A stretch of 63,714 nucleotides of DNA, taken from NCBI RefSeq assembly GCF_001194135.2, contig NC_068984.1:120140409-120204122 (forward strand), in the 5' to 3' direction. The notes beneath the pieces were generated by a model. That model did no database searches and had not been told where the DNA came from. It saw only the letters and a list, made by a program, of their open reading frames with translations. Positions 1-12,730 of the stretch are shown in pieces. The stretch comes from Octopus bimaculoides (lineage: Eukaryota). Positions within the stretch are counted from its first letter, which is position 1, and each line of letters begins with the position of its first letter. A program made the translations under genes and the position numbers.

Positions 1-36
1 TCCAGTTTTCTTGTTGTAGTTCTATTTTTTTATTAA

Positions 37-239
37 CCCTTTCATTACCATATTTATTTTGAGATGCTTTGTGTTTCTTTCAATTAATTTTAAATACAAC
101 GAAGAATTTAGTAAAATAACTTAGTTATTATTAAGCTAGTGTGAGGAACATAAATTGTGACTAAGGTTTGGTGGAAGATTTTAATTCAAAACTTATGAAA
201 ACAAGATGTACTACAGAGCCAGAGGCGGTTTCAGACAGG
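37..239. mobile_element. piggyBac-type MITE (family also at 11778-11997)
   Basis: Begins ttaa|cccttt and is near-identical to 11778-11997, which has matching inverted ends. The right end here is degenerate (ggttaa at 238-243). Confidence 0.6.
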
Positions 240-732
240 TTAATATCAACCCAGCAGGTGAAATAAAAATCAAAGTAGTTTGGAGACTGACTGGGACTTA
301 AAACTGAAAAAGGTACAGTAACAAAAAAGCAGGCAGTCATAAGATGTATGACCACAAGACAAGGTAATACAGTGCTTGTCTGCTGATACAGATATCATGA
401 ATTCAGTGTCTGAAATTAATATTACATGTACATATACACATCCATACATACATACATACATACATACATACNNNNNNNNNNTATATATATATATATATAT
501 ATATATTTATTTATTTATGTATATAAAAATACCTACATACATATATATATGTACCCAAGATACACTTTCAACTTCATACCTATTATTTTGGGAACAGCAG
601 AATATGTACAAACCTGTCTGGAGCAAAATATGGCTGAACTTGGGTTCTTGAGGATAGAATGCAACTCTCTAATTCAGATGCTACAATTGATCATGATATT
701 TGGGACTATAGAAATCTGCATATATATATATA

Positions 733-839
733 TCATCATCATCATCATCATCATCGTTTAACGTCCGCTTTCCATGCTAGCATGGGTTGGACGATTTGAC
801 TGAGGAATGGTGAAACCAGATGGCAACACCAGGCTCCAA

Positions 840-843
<4 letters not shown>
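733..843 (-). mobile_element. 5'-truncated RTE LINE 3'UTR with (GAT)n tail
   Basis: Reverse complement ends gctagcatggaaagcggacgttaaacgatgatgat, the same 3' end as 53640-54288. Truncated at a (TA)n tract and gap. Confidence 0.75.
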
Positions 844-872
<29 letters not shown>

Positions 873-2086
873 NNNNNNNNNNNNNNNNNNNNNNNNNNNN
901 NNNNNNNNNNNNNNNNNNNNNNNNNNNNNNNNNNNNNNNNNNNNNNNNNNNNNNNNNNNNNNNNNNNNNNNNNNNNNNNNNNNNNNNNNNNNNNNNNNNN
1001 NNNNNNNNNNNNNNNNNNNNNNNNNNNNNNNNNNNNNNNNNNNNNNNNNNNNNNNNNNNNNNNNNNNNNNNNNNNNNNNNNNNNNNNNNNNNNNNNNNNN
1101 NNNNNNNNNNNNNNNNNNNNNNNNNNNNNNNNNNNNNNNNNNNNNNNNNNNNNNNNNNNNNNNNNNNNNNNNNNNNNNNNNNNNNNNNNNNNNNNNNNNN
1201 NNNNNNNNNNNNNNNNNNNNNNNNNNNNNNNNNNNNNNNNNNNNNNNNNNNNNNNNNNNNNNNNNNNNNNNNNNNNNAGTCATAAGATGTATGACCACAA
1301 GACAAGGTAATACAGTGCTTGTCTGCTGATACAGATATCATGAATTCAGTGTCTGAAATTAATATTACATGTACATATACACATCCATACATACATACAT
1401 ACATACATACATACAGACATACATCGCACATGCATACATACATACATATATAAATACATACATATATAAATACATACAGGCAGACACGCATACATATGTG
1501 TATGTGCATGTATGCTACATCAACCCCAGTACTTGACTGGTACGTTATTTTATTGGCCCTGAATGGATGAAATCAAAGGTGACCTCAGTGGAATTTGAGG
1601 TCACCTTCAATTCATTGCTTGTGTTTTAGACTCACTAAAAGACTGGAGTCAGCTTTGCTTCTTTTTTTTTATAACCTCAAGGTTCTATTGCTATGTGTAT
1701 CCTGGTTTTAGAATAAGTACACTGCATGCATGTGTATCATAAGGAGGCAACTAAAATGGGTTAAGAAAGGCATCTGACTGTAAAACACTCCCTCAGAAAA
1801 AAAAATGTCTGACCCATGCCAACATGGAAAAAGCAAATGTAAAGTAGTGATGATGATGATGATGATGACTTAGTAGAGAACAAGCACCACACATGACTCT
1901 ATCTAAGGTGTCTGTGATTAGTAGGGACATGGGAGAAAGTCATCCCCAAGTAAGAAATCCCACCCAAATGCTGCCAATAGAGAAAACTCTGCAAGGGTCA
2001 GTGGATAGAGCTAAACCAGGCACCAGTTAAAGATTCATGCTCCCACTCTTAATTGTGTGTTCATTTGTCTGACCTGTTGACCTTAC

Positions 2087-2245
2087 TGACAGTAAAACTT
2101 TTGATGAGATTCAATAAAATACTGCACACAGCTGTGCTGCAGTTCTTCTTGTCTGATGTTTTTATACTATTGCAGTATTGCACTGTACCATTTTTGGCAA
2201 GCTGCAACAGAAGTAAAATTTTGCAGCAGTGTACTCCATCACCTT
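2087..2245 (-). CDS. Candidate internal exon of an unidentified host gene (phase 1-1, 159 nt)
   Basis: Acceptor ctttcag| and donor |gtaagg. One open frame reads GDGVHCCKILLLLQLAKNGTVQYCNSIKTSDKKNCSTAVCSILLNLIKSFTV. No recognisable homology, so it could be chance or decayed TE. Confidence 0.25.
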
Positions 2246-3921
2246 CTGAAAGTTACATTTAGATTTACTTTATATAAGACTCTCCTCTGGTTTTCATGTT
2301 GTTGTTGTAGTTCTTTTTTATGTTGCAGAATTAATTTATGCAGATTATCTATCAATAAATAGGTAGCTAGCAACATTAACTGTCAATGATGAGAGAATGA
2401 AGTGTTATATATTTGCCTCAGGCATTTATCTCTGCATGATAAATAAGTCTAACTTTTTTGTGAAGAAATATTCATTTTCATAAGAAAAGTTGCAATCCTT
2501 GCTGCTAACAAACCAGAAATAGTGGAGAATAAGAAAGTGTCTCACAAGAAATAAAGAAAGAAGAAGGAGAAAACGTAGATATCTTGAACTGTGCAAATTA
2601 TTTCAGTAGAATAAAAGAGAAGAAATTTTTGGAAAATGTCCACTAATTATGGAGGTCAGTCTAAAAATCAATCTGTTATGAGAGTTCAAACATCAAAGTA
2701 ATTTAAAGAGTAAAAAAAAACAAAAACAAGATGTGAAATAAAAAATAATTAAATAAAAGTATTGCATATAAATTTAGTTTAAAAAAGTGGGGAAAGGGGG
2801 ACAAATGAAGAAAAAAAACAAACGAAAATAAGAAATCAAAACTGTAGCCAATTAGATGATTTTGGAAATAGAAAATTGTTTCTTCTGAACTGGCTTATCA
2901 TGAGAAATGCATCCTTCCCTTATTGCTATTTCTTCAGAACTAAAGTGTATAATTATCTTCACTTATTTTACAAAAAAAGAAAAGGTGGGGGGAATGTTGC
3001 CAATAACCCCTTTCTTCCGAAATTGTTTTCATAGAACCTGTATTGAAAATATTTTCTTCTTTTTTTCTTTCTCTTTTCTTTGATAAGCTCATATTTTTGC
3101 TCATGATAAAAGTTACTCCATTTCATTCTCTAATTTCTGTCATTGATCTATGTTTTATGCAGATTCTTGTGAAGTTTCCATATCTGCTTCCTGTTTCTCT
3201 TATTGTTCCATCTTCTTTGTAGAAAACATTAAAATTACAGGAAAATAGAAGAAGGAGAAGAAGAAAATGATATTGCATTGATGCTCCACTGTTGCCTGTT
3301 GCAAACAATGTGAATATTGCTTAACAATAAGTTCATTTATCATCTCCGATAAATATAAAAATCTTACCCTCCTCATTCATTGAATGCCCCCCCCCTTGTC
3401 ACTTCATCACCACTATTTTTACAGCTTTCCATTTTCACCTGATCACTCCCACCCTCTCTTCCAAAATATATGCAGTCATCTAGCTCCTCTACAGCAAGAA
3501 ACCAGTTCTGCTCCACCCCTTTTATTCTCTCATATTTTACTCCTCATTCTCTTAGCATAAAATTAGCACCTTCCTTGAAGCTCATAGTTTTGCTTGCTGT
3601 ATGATGATTTCACTGTTGCTGGTGGCACAAAGAAAGCATTGAAGACATGCTATAAAGTGGTTAGAATTAGGAAGGGAATTCAACAGTAGAAACCATACCA
3701 GAGCAGACATTGGAGCATGATGTAGTCTTTGGGCCCATCAGATCCTGTCAAATCAATCAACCCATTTCAGCATGGAAAGATAGATGTTAATTAATGATGA
3801 TGATGATGATGTGCCTATAAGAGTCAGCCAAGTTTATTTGACTATTGTTCTTACTATTTTCAGCACACCCGTTTCTGCCCTCTTTCTTGTTAACTCTCTT
3901 TCCCTCTCTCTCTTTCTCTCC

Positions 3922-3953
<32 letters not shown>

Positions 3954-4089
3954 GGCCAGGTAATCTCTACAGCAAGAGAGATCTCTCTGTCTCTGTGTCA
4001 CACTCTAACCTTTCATCATCAGACACAAGATCCCCTCCTCTAATTCCCCCTCTCCTCTCAAAGATTCCTTGTCTTGCAAAGTTACTTGG

Positions 4090-4392
4090 TGACCCTGCCA
4101 GTGCAGGTGCCACGTAAAAGGCATCCACTCCACACTGTAAAGTGGTTGACATTTGAAAAGGTATCCAGCTATAAAAGCCATGCCAAAACTAACCTCACCT
4201 GTGTTGATGCCACATAAAAAGTACTCAGTCCACTCTTTTGTGTGGTTGGTGTTTGGAAGGGCATCCAACCATAAAAACCATGCCAAAACAGACACAGAAG
4301 TATGGTGCAGTCTTCTGCCATGTCAGTTCCTGTCAAACCGTCCAACTCATGCCAGCATGGAAGGAGGATGTTAAATGATGATGATGATGATC
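4090..4392 (+). mobile_element. RTE 3'UTR fragment
   Basis: Contains ggaagggcatcc, ccatgccagcatggaagg and a (GAT)n tail, with an internal partial duplication. Confidence 0.65.
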
Positions 4393-4394
4393 TA

Positions 4395-4800
4395 GGCATA
4401 AATATCTGTCTGGTAGCTGTTGTGAAAGAGTTAATAAGTTGGATGAGACTGTAAGAGATGAAGACATCATCAGCTAAAATAGAAAGTGATGGTAGTGGAA
4501 AATGTACCAACTTCTTGTAAATATTATGAAAGCTAGGGGAGGGTTGTTCTGTCAGGTCAGGGATCTCATCATGAGTTGACAAGGCCTGCTACTGGTACCA
4601 AGTAAACCAGTACTACCTGTTCTATGCTCAAGTGGTCAGTGACTAAACTGGCTCCCCCACTCAAGTAGTCAGCTATTCTCATTATGAAGGTGTCTCGACA
4701 CTCAGTAGGGTGTTAAAGGATGGATGTGCTTCTTGTGGGCCAACAGCTATCCAGATGTGGAATGTAATGGCAACCCATCCCAAAATCTCTGCCAAGAAAA
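4395..4800 (-). mobile_element. Highly decayed CR1/L2-like reverse transcriptase fragment
   Basis: Minus-strand translation includes PSPSFHNIYKKLVHFPLPSLSILADDVFISYS, which loosely resembles the SPxLFxIYINDL...FADD region of non-LTR RTs. Confidence 0.3.
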
Positions 4801-5087
4801 CACTATGAGAAAGACAGAATGAAGTAACACTGAGGGGAGGACTCATGTTTAATTGAGAAGACTCTCACTGTAGTGTATCAATGCAATGCAAAAGTGTGTG
4901 ATATGTAATGATGACAACAAGGGAGGATTGCCTTTTTTTCAGTTTTGTCTGGTTGTTGGAACTGTGAAAGGACATATATGTAAAGTGAAAGGTATCTTTG
5001 GTTTTGGAGTGCATACCCCCCCCCCCCTGTGAAGGTATCTTACCACTTTATCTTATTATATATTTCAGCATGTTCTTTTCTTTATTT

Positions 5088-5220
5088 TCTTCTTTTATTT
5101 GTTTCAGTCATTTGACTGTGGCCATGCTGGAACACTGCCTTTAATCAAACAGATCAACCCCAGGACTTATTCTTTGTAAGCCTAGTACTTATTCTATCGG
5201 TCTCTTTTGTTGAACCGCTA
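5088..5220 (-). mobile_element. SINE family A, 3' half
   Basis: Matches the shared tail cagtcatttgactg.ggccatgctgga.cac.gcc...ttattctttgtaagcctagtacttattctat. Confidence 0.8.
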
Positions 5221-5504
5221 TGTATCTCTCACTGGATGGATTCTACCTCTATAGGGTCTTTTGCTGATTATACCTCTGTTGAACCTTTAAACTACACACA
5301 CACACACACACATATTATTGACTGCACATGCTCAATGTGTTTTGCTTTTTCACCAATTCACTGCAGTATAGCACTTTGGGGATGACTCCTTCATAGAGCT
5401 GGGTGTTATAACACCTAAAAGTTATAGACAGGCAAGACAATACACTCCCAATCAAATTCATAAGTGATGGATACTTATATTTTGCAATTTTTGTGGCTTA
5501 TCAT

Positions 5505-5880
5505 CATCATCAACATCGTTTAACGTCTGCTTTCTATGCTAGCATGGGTTGGACGATTTGACTGAGGACTGGCGAACCAGCTGGCTGTACCAGGCTCCAA
5601 TCTGATTTGGCAGAGTTTCTACAGCTGGATGCCCTTCCTAACGCCAACCACTCTGAGAGTGTAGTGGGTGCTTTTATGTGCCACCGGCACGAAGGCCAGT
5701 CAGGCGGTACTGGCAACGGCCATGTTCAAATTGGTGTATTTTACGTGCCACCTACACATGAGCCAGTCCAGCTGCGCTGGCAATGATCTCGCTTGAATGT
5801 CTTTACACGTGCCACCGGCACAAGTGCGGGGAAGGCAACGCTGGGCACAGGTGCCATCACAATTTCGCTTTCAGGTACCT
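5505..5880 (-). mobile_element. RTE LINE 3'UTR (young subfamily)
   Basis: Near-identical to the reverse complement of the 3' part of 53640-54288, with a (CAT)n tail on the left. Confidence 0.8.
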
Positions 5881-6032
5881 GAATGAAACAGGGGCTGGAA
5901 TCACCAGTCTATGACTATACACAAATAGTTTAAGAAACATTTGCTAGTGTGCCACATCAATGCATACGTAAGATTAAATTCACTTACAAATTAAAAACAG
6001 TGCTAGTGTTGTAAATATTATCGACCACACTA

Positions 6033-6064
<32 letters not shown>

Positions 6065-6164
6065 CATAAACTTATATAAATAAGGATAAGATTGTTATTT
6101 AAAAATATCAATCTTAGGTGGCCAGCATGGGAATAAAAACCTCAGAGGTAATAATTATTATAAA

Positions 6165-6481
6165 AATTATAATTTAGGGTATCTAAGAGATACCACCATG
6201 CTTGAAATAGCAGTCAAACTTTAATTCTAAAACCACATTAAAACTGGTCGTGTGCATACGTGCATATATATGCACATATACATTCGTATATATAAGAATT
6301 CATATTGATGTATAGAGCCAGAAATCCAGGATCTGGAATTATCCAGTAATTTTTTACTAGTTTATTTTGTCACTTTGTCTTTTCTCCTGGTGCTGTATGA
6401 ACATTTACTGTGGTTTTAGAGTCAAAGTTTGACTGCTATTTCAAGCATGGTGGTAACTCTTAGATACCCTAAATTATAATT
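6165..6481. mobile_element. Fold-back element or MITE with ~73-bp terminal inverted repeats
   Basis: 6165-6237 is a near-perfect reverse complement of 6409-6481 (aattataatttagggtatctaagag.taccaccatgcttgaaatagcagtcaaa...). Confidence 0.7.
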
Positions 6482-6581
6482 CTTAAATATATATATATAT
6501 ATTGCATTAGTAAAGTGTAAAATAGTAAATGTCATGATATTTATTATTTCCTATGATTAAAAATACACACACACACACATG

Positions 6582-6900
6582 AGAAGGTGCATGGCTCAGC
6601 GACCAAGCTCACAGTCACAAGACTTTGAGTTCAGTTCCAAGTGGTGCATTTTATCTATGAGCAAGATATTTTATCTCTCACTGCTCCTGTCCACTCAGCG
6701 GGCAAAAAGGAGTTATTGAGTTACACCCATTATTCAAAGAGCCAGCCTTGTCACATTCTTTGTCACACTGAATCTCTTTGGGAACTACATTAATGGTATG
6801 CATGTCTGTAGTGTACTGAGCCACTTGCATGTTAATTTCATGAGCAGGTTGTTCCATTGATTGGATCACCTGGAACACTCGTTGTCACTGATGGAGCACC
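6582..6900 (+). mobile_element. SINE family E (tRNA-like head, distinct 3' body)
   Basis: Degenerate Pol III head (tggctcagc...gagttcagttcc). The 3' body recurs at 57790-57960 (-) and 62840-62975 (+). Confidence 0.65.
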
Positions 6901-6902
6901 GA

Positions 6903-6940
<38 letters not shown>

Positions 6941-7151
6941 CTAATTTAGAGACGAACCACCACTCTACAGCTCAGTCAACTCAGAAACCGTCCAAATCCA
7001 TGCTGTGAGGCATATACCGTCTAATATATCTAAGATTTTAATCTAAAAATTTAAATTAAATAATATTTTACATATATAAATCATAGAAATATTAATTTAG
7101 AAGAATTTTAAAGTTAAAATTATAAATTGGACAGTAAAGAACAGAAATTTA

Positions 7152-7394
7152 ATGAACTCTACGGGCCTTAGTAAATACATTTGGGAACTTAAATCTAAAA
7201 GAATAGAATACGAGTTAAAATGGGAAATAGTTTGCAAGGCTAAATCATATAAGATAGGGAATAAATTTTGCTTATTATGTCCTAACGAATTTAAAGAGAT
7301 ATTATTAGCTAATAAAAAATTGTTTAACTCCCACGGTGAACGTAATATTAAATGCAGACATAAATTAAATTACTTATATAATAAGTTTAGATAA
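7152..7394 (+). pseudogene. C-terminal part of a Penelope GIY-YIG endonuclease
   Basis: Peptide pattern LSKYIW-LK...W-I...CxLC...CRH is typical of PLE ORF C-termini. The upstream part is replaced by the inverted segment. Confidence 0.75.
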
Positions 7395-8328
7395 CTAACT
7401 TATTTACTTAAACCTAGGATTAGGTACCAACTTATAGTTATGATCAGTAGCGTAAGGTACATCAAATTAGCTTTAGAATACACTTTAATCATCTCAATGT
7501 TATACAAATTGGAACATATAACTACCTTTACTTTAAGTATTCATCGATAACATGAGCAGTCTTTTACAAAGTTTCATAACATTTTTTAAGTAATACATAA
7601 CTTTCGTATTTGGTATAGTTATTATTTTGTGTAAATCTGAGAGTTTTAAGTATTTTAGTATTATAAATCTTCAATAAACTTTTTATTTTAGGTAGGTTTT
7701 TCTTTTTCGAATATTTTCGTTATTACCTCTGGTAATGGACGCCATGTTTATCACGTGACTTTTCAGTACTAATTTTCATAGCATTATTTACGTAATATAG
7801 AATTTTTGTATGTGTATAGTTATTACTCTGCGTTAATTTGCTAGTTTAAGTGTTTTAGTATTTTTATTCCTCAAGAATCTTTTTATTTTAGGTAGATTTT
7901 CTTTTTCGATATTTTCGTTATTATTTTAGAAATTATAATTCGCATGTGCTTCTGGGTAATAGATACCATATTTATCACATGACCTTTTAGTATAAATTCT
8001 ATAACACAGCCATTTTGATTTAGTCTACATTTACCCACCGACAGGTAAGTCATGTTTTCTTATTTTAATTTTATAAACAATATTGACATCCATCTTTTAG
8101 TAACTTTATACACTGACACATTATTTTACTATTATCTACTTATTCCATAATGTTTTAACCTTGTTTACTATAATACACTTTTTCAATATTTTTAGATTGT
8201 AACTCTTAATATTAATACCGTTAATGTAGAGATTAGTTTACAAATTTTGTCTCTTTATATATATATATTTTTATTTCTCAAGTTTATGTTTATTCCTTGA
8301 ATGATTTTAGGTATTTTCTTAGGGATTT

Positions 8329-8443
8329 GACTTGAAGAGTGACTGATTTTGGGAGTAAAATCATTTCCCCGTTCTAATGAACTCGGATAGAATTTGCTTA
8401 TGATTTTATATAGTCCTATTTCAGCCATGAAACGCCCGTAGTC
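8329..8443 (+). ncRNA. Type I hammerhead ribozyme-like motif (variant core, extended stem II)
   Basis: Parses as gac / UUGAAGA / gtgactga...tcagccat / GAA acg-cc-cgt A / gtc, with a GUA cleavage triplet at 8438-8440. aaaatcat/atgatttt pair inside stem II. Confidence 0.55.
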
Positions 8444-8791
8444 TACATACTAGCACTAACTTTTTATATCTATACTTCTATACTGCATATTATCGTATTA
8501 ATTTTTACTGTCCAATTTATAATTTTAACTTTTAAATTTTTCTAAATTAATATTTATATGATATATTTATGTAATATTTTATTTGATTAAAATTTTTAGA
8601 TTAAATCTTAGATATATTAGATGGTATATGCCTCACAGCATGGATTTGGATGGGTTCTGAGTTGTTGAGTGGTGGCTCGTCTCTAAATTAGTAATATACA
8701 TATATATTATATATATTAGGAAACCTGGTGTAATATTATACCGATTTTTACCTGTAAGGTTGGAATAAATTTTTTTAGTCCCTATTATTAC

Positions 8792-8853
<62 letters not shown>

Positions 8854-9162
8854 NNNNNNNNNNNNNNNNNNNNNNNNNNNNNNNNNNNNNNNNNNNNNNN
8901 NNNNNNNNNNNNNNNNNNNNNNNNNNNNNNNNNNNNNNNNNNNNNNNNNNNNNNNNNNNNNNNNATTACCTGTATCTTTAGGGTTTGGTTGACTCCAATA
9001 CCCTTCGTAACCTTTATATATATACATATGTATATATATATATATATATATACACATATATATGCATATATATATAATATAACATATATATATATGCATA
9101 TATATATAATACAATATAATATAACATATATATATATATATGCATATATATATAATTCAATA

Positions 9163-9199
<37 letters not shown>

Positions 9200-9924
9200 C
9201 AGCAAAATTGAAATGTTTGTATATGTTATTATATCTTAGTAGTTTGTATTTATTATGCCCTTGTTATTGTTGTTATTGATATTAGCAGTATTATGAGGAG
9301 TTGACACACATGATAGATGAGTGGATTAACCCTTTTGAGACCAACCTGCCTGAAGCCACATCTTGATCTATAATATAAATTCCTTGTGTGAAAGTGATCA
9401 GATATAAAAAGATCCATCAAAATTTCACGTTAATTTATATTCAGAATATCAGCTTAGTAATGAAAATATATTTTTAATTCTTCATCCTTTTCGAAAGTAA
9501 TTAAAAGAAAAGCAATGTATTTAGACAGAAAAATGGTAACAAAATGGTTATCTTGTAATAGTCAGTTATGAATTCAAATTCCACTATTGGAAACTTTATC
9601 TTTCATTCTTACAGGATTGATAAAATAAATACCAAACATTTACCACTCATAACAATTCAATCAACTCTATACATTTACACTAAATTTGAGACTTCGTGAC
9701 AGGATTATACATTACAACTAATAGTTTCCCAAAATTTTCATTTCTCTATGTGACATCTTGCAGATCATTGAAATAATTCATACTTCTACATATCTAACTT
9801 AACTCTGGCTTTGTCATTATTTCACTCCAGGTAATATTTGACCTAACAGACATGTGATCAAATATGTTTTATGGATGATCATCCTGTCCTTTTTTTATCA
9901 GATATATTTTCTTCTTATTGAAAC

Positions 9925-10085
9925 ATAATTGGCATGCTGAGCAAAATGCCTAGCAGTATTTCATTTGTCTTAAAGTTTTGAGTTCCAATTTCACCAAGAC
10001 TGACTTTGCCTTTCGTCCTTTCAGGGTTGATAAAAAACAAAGAACCAGATAAGCACTGGGGTCGATGTAATTGACTTAACTACTC
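9925..10085 (+). mobile_element. SINE family C (tRNA head plus Deu/Nin-like domain)
   Basis: Contains gagttccaatt...gactttgcctttcgtcctttcagggttgataaa...actggggtcgatgtaat. Confidence 0.7.
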
Positions 10086-10654
10086 CTGGGTATGAGTATA
10101 AAAAAACTGCATCCCTCTGACAAGTCATGTCAAGCCAGTGTGGCAGCGTAGGCTCATCAAACCAATATGAACTCAAGCTCAAATCCATGACCACATCAGA
10201 CCATGGTTGGTGGAGAGAGCATGCTGAGGCTCTCACTCTGCTGCGAACTGAATATGGGTAATCCAATCCAAGCCAGTCCAATCCAGTCCAGACTTGAGGA
10301 AGATTTGGCTGCTCCTTTCCTGTTGTTTACAAGTCAAGTGACTATGTAGAGACTCCCTTGGCTTGTACTTGATTTGTATCTTAAATAGATAATTAGTCAT
10401 CTTATATGGCTCCACCTGGAGATTATAATATTGCTAAACTCACTTCTCATGCTTTGACCCAGAATAATGTATGCCTAAAGCTTATGAGTGCTGGAACTCA
10501 TAAGATTTTGGTTACTATCCCAATCACTCTAACAGTTTAGTCATTATACTGCAGTAAACTAATTTCCCAACTAATCTATATCATACCAGTTTTAGATTTT
10601 TCTTCTTTTTTTCATAAAACTTCAAAATAAATGAGAGTAATTATTTACTATCTA

Positions 10655-10693
<39 letters not shown>

Positions 10694-11537
10694 TGTGCAT
10701 ACAGACTTTCATACATGCATGTGCATATGTATGTGTATACACTCTAATAAGCAACAAGAAACAGCTTTTAGATGCTGTTTTTACTTCTTTTTTGACAAAC
10801 TGCCAAAAAGTGTTTATCCTTTTGATTTTGTTGATAAAACACGTTTTGGTAAAAGTTTAATATTTACAAAAGAATTTCAAACAGACACTTAAAAGTTAAT
10901 TCTAGACACAGGTATGTATGTGTGTGTGTATATTTGCTTGTGTGCATGTGTGTATATATGCATATATGTATGTATGTGTATATATAAATATATATGTATA
11001 TATATATGCATATAAATATATATATATACACACACATATACATACATATATACATATATATACATACATATATATATATATATATACACACATATATATG
11101 TATATACATATATATATATATGTATGTATATATATGTATATATGTATGTATATGTGTGTGTATATATATATATTTATATGCATATATATATACATATATA
11201 TATATATGACTACAGTTTCAAAACACACGTCATCCAAACTATACTGAACAGTATACATTCATTGTTTCTTCATGCTACCTTTTAATATAAATCGAATTGC
11301 TTGCTGAGATCTTCAAATAATTCTTCTAAAAGAAACATCACTTTTTTTCTTTTTGACTTTTATTGTTGTTTGCGTTGCTGATTTGTACATAAACACACTG
11401 TTGTGGTGTCTCAGAGAGAGTTTGGCATGCAAACATAATGATCAGGAAAAGAAATAAATACTGTATGTTGCCAAAACTGAAAAATAAGATGAAACAAAGC
11501 AGCAATAACACCAGCATTTTCTTCTATGTATTAGCAG

Positions 11538-11565
11538 TAGACTTTTGGAGAGATACGTCAACATA
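11538..11565 (+). CDS. Candidate micro-exon (RLLERYVNI)
   Basis: Acceptor tattagcag| and strong donor |gtaagt with an open frame. Too short to validate. Confidence 0.15.
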
Positions 11566-11777
11566 GTAAGTCGTTTTCTTATTCAGTTATTTACAGTTGA
11601 AGCCTGACGACAGATGTGCATTAAACATCAAAAATTATTATTATGCTTTTTATTATTAAATGACTGTAAAACAATGAGCTAGTGGAACTGTTAGCACATT
11701 GGACAAAACGTTTAGCAACATTTCAGCTGTTTTTATGTTCTGAGCTCAAATTCCATTGTGATTCAGTTTGCCTTTAA

Positions 11778-11997
11778 CCCTTTTGTTACTGTATTTATTT
11801 TGAGATGCTCTGTGTTTCTTTCAATTACTTTAAATATAACAAAGAATTTAGTAAAATAACTTAGTTATCATTCAGCTAGTGTTAGGAACATAAATTGTGA
11901 CGAAGGTTTGGTGGAAGATTTTAATTCAAAACTTATGAAAACAAGACATGTGTACTCAGAGCCAGAGCCAGTTTCAGCCGAGTTGGTAATGAAAGGG
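11778..11997. mobile_element. piggyBac-type MITE
   Basis: Ends ttaa|cccttttgttac...gtaatgaaaggg|taaa give CCC termini and a TTAA-like target duplication. Interrupts a SINE C fragment at 11680-11775. Confidence 0.7.
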
Positions 11998-12224
11998 TAA
12001 ATTTGAAGCCATTATTAGAACCATTAGCACACCTTGTAGATCAACCTTAATTCTAATGAAAGTTCTTTGTAGTTTAAGCATCTTATCACCCCATTTGATA
12101 CTAACCAGCTCAAAACTACCCGTGGTTCTATTCTACAGACTTCCTGTGTTAAAGTGATTTAAATTAAAAACTTCATTTTTGTTTCAAATACCAACTTAAT
12201 AACAACGAAATTCTTTCTTCTTTC

Positions 12225-12420
12225 TTGCCTTTAACCCTCCAACGCAGAGTATAGGCCACTTAAAATTGAATTCCATGTTGCATAATTTTTCGCTTCTGTG
12301 CTTATACTCTGTCATGAATGTCCCCCTTTCTCTAGTTCCTTTTGTGTTGATCTACACCACGAGTTCTTAGGCCTACCCCTCTTTCTATATCCATCCGGAT
12401 TCCACTTTATTATTTTCAAA
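12225..12420 (-). mobile_element. RTE LINE ORF2 C-terminal fragment
   Basis: Minus-strand translation KWNPDGYRKRGRPKNSWCRSTQKELEK fits the RTE W-P-G-R-RGRP-K--W motif. Confidence 0.55.
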
Positions 12421-12549
12421 ATCAATTGAAACAATACAGTGTATTTCAGTGGAAATTTGGTGAAAAAAAAAGTTAAGATATATGATAGCTGAACAAATAA
12501 GGAACCAAAATCCTAGTTGAGCAAATAGATCAGATATAACACCTAATAT

Positions 12550-12720
12550 ATATTGATTTCAAACTTTGGCACAAGGTTACATTGTCTCCAGTAAACAGTT
12601 AATACTTTTTGTATTGATAAAAGACAAAGTCGACTTTGACAAAATTTGAACTCAGAACATAGACAGATGAAATGCTGCTTAGCATTTTGTCCAGCATGCT
12701 AATGATTCTGCCAGCTCACT
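12550..12720 (-). mobile_element. SINE family C, degenerate
   Basis: Contains aaactttggcacaagg...gacaaagtcgactttg...aatttgaactcagaac...ctgccagctcac. Confidence 0.65.
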
Positions 12721-12730
12721 GTTTTTTTTT

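Larger units (their letters stand above)
6936..8696 (+). mobile_element. Penelope-like retroelement remnant with inverted terminal segments
   Basis: ORF 7152-7394 (LSKYIWELK...KWEIV...FCLLC...KCRHK) matches the C-terminal GIY-YIG region of PLEs. 6936-7138 is an inverted copy of 8504-8696. TA-rich tracts lie on both flanks and an HHR motif is at 8329-8443. Confidence 0.8.

Noticed and set aside
336-1411. Identical ~135-bp direct repeat (336-471 and 1278-1411)
   Set aside because: The copies are identical and both abut N-gaps, so this is most likely a scaffolding overlap artefact.
10110-10420. Minus-strand ORFs 10021-10281 and 10233-10415 as host exons
   Set aside because: They show only a weak resemblance to a decayed RTE C-terminus and no convincing donor, so they were left unannotated.
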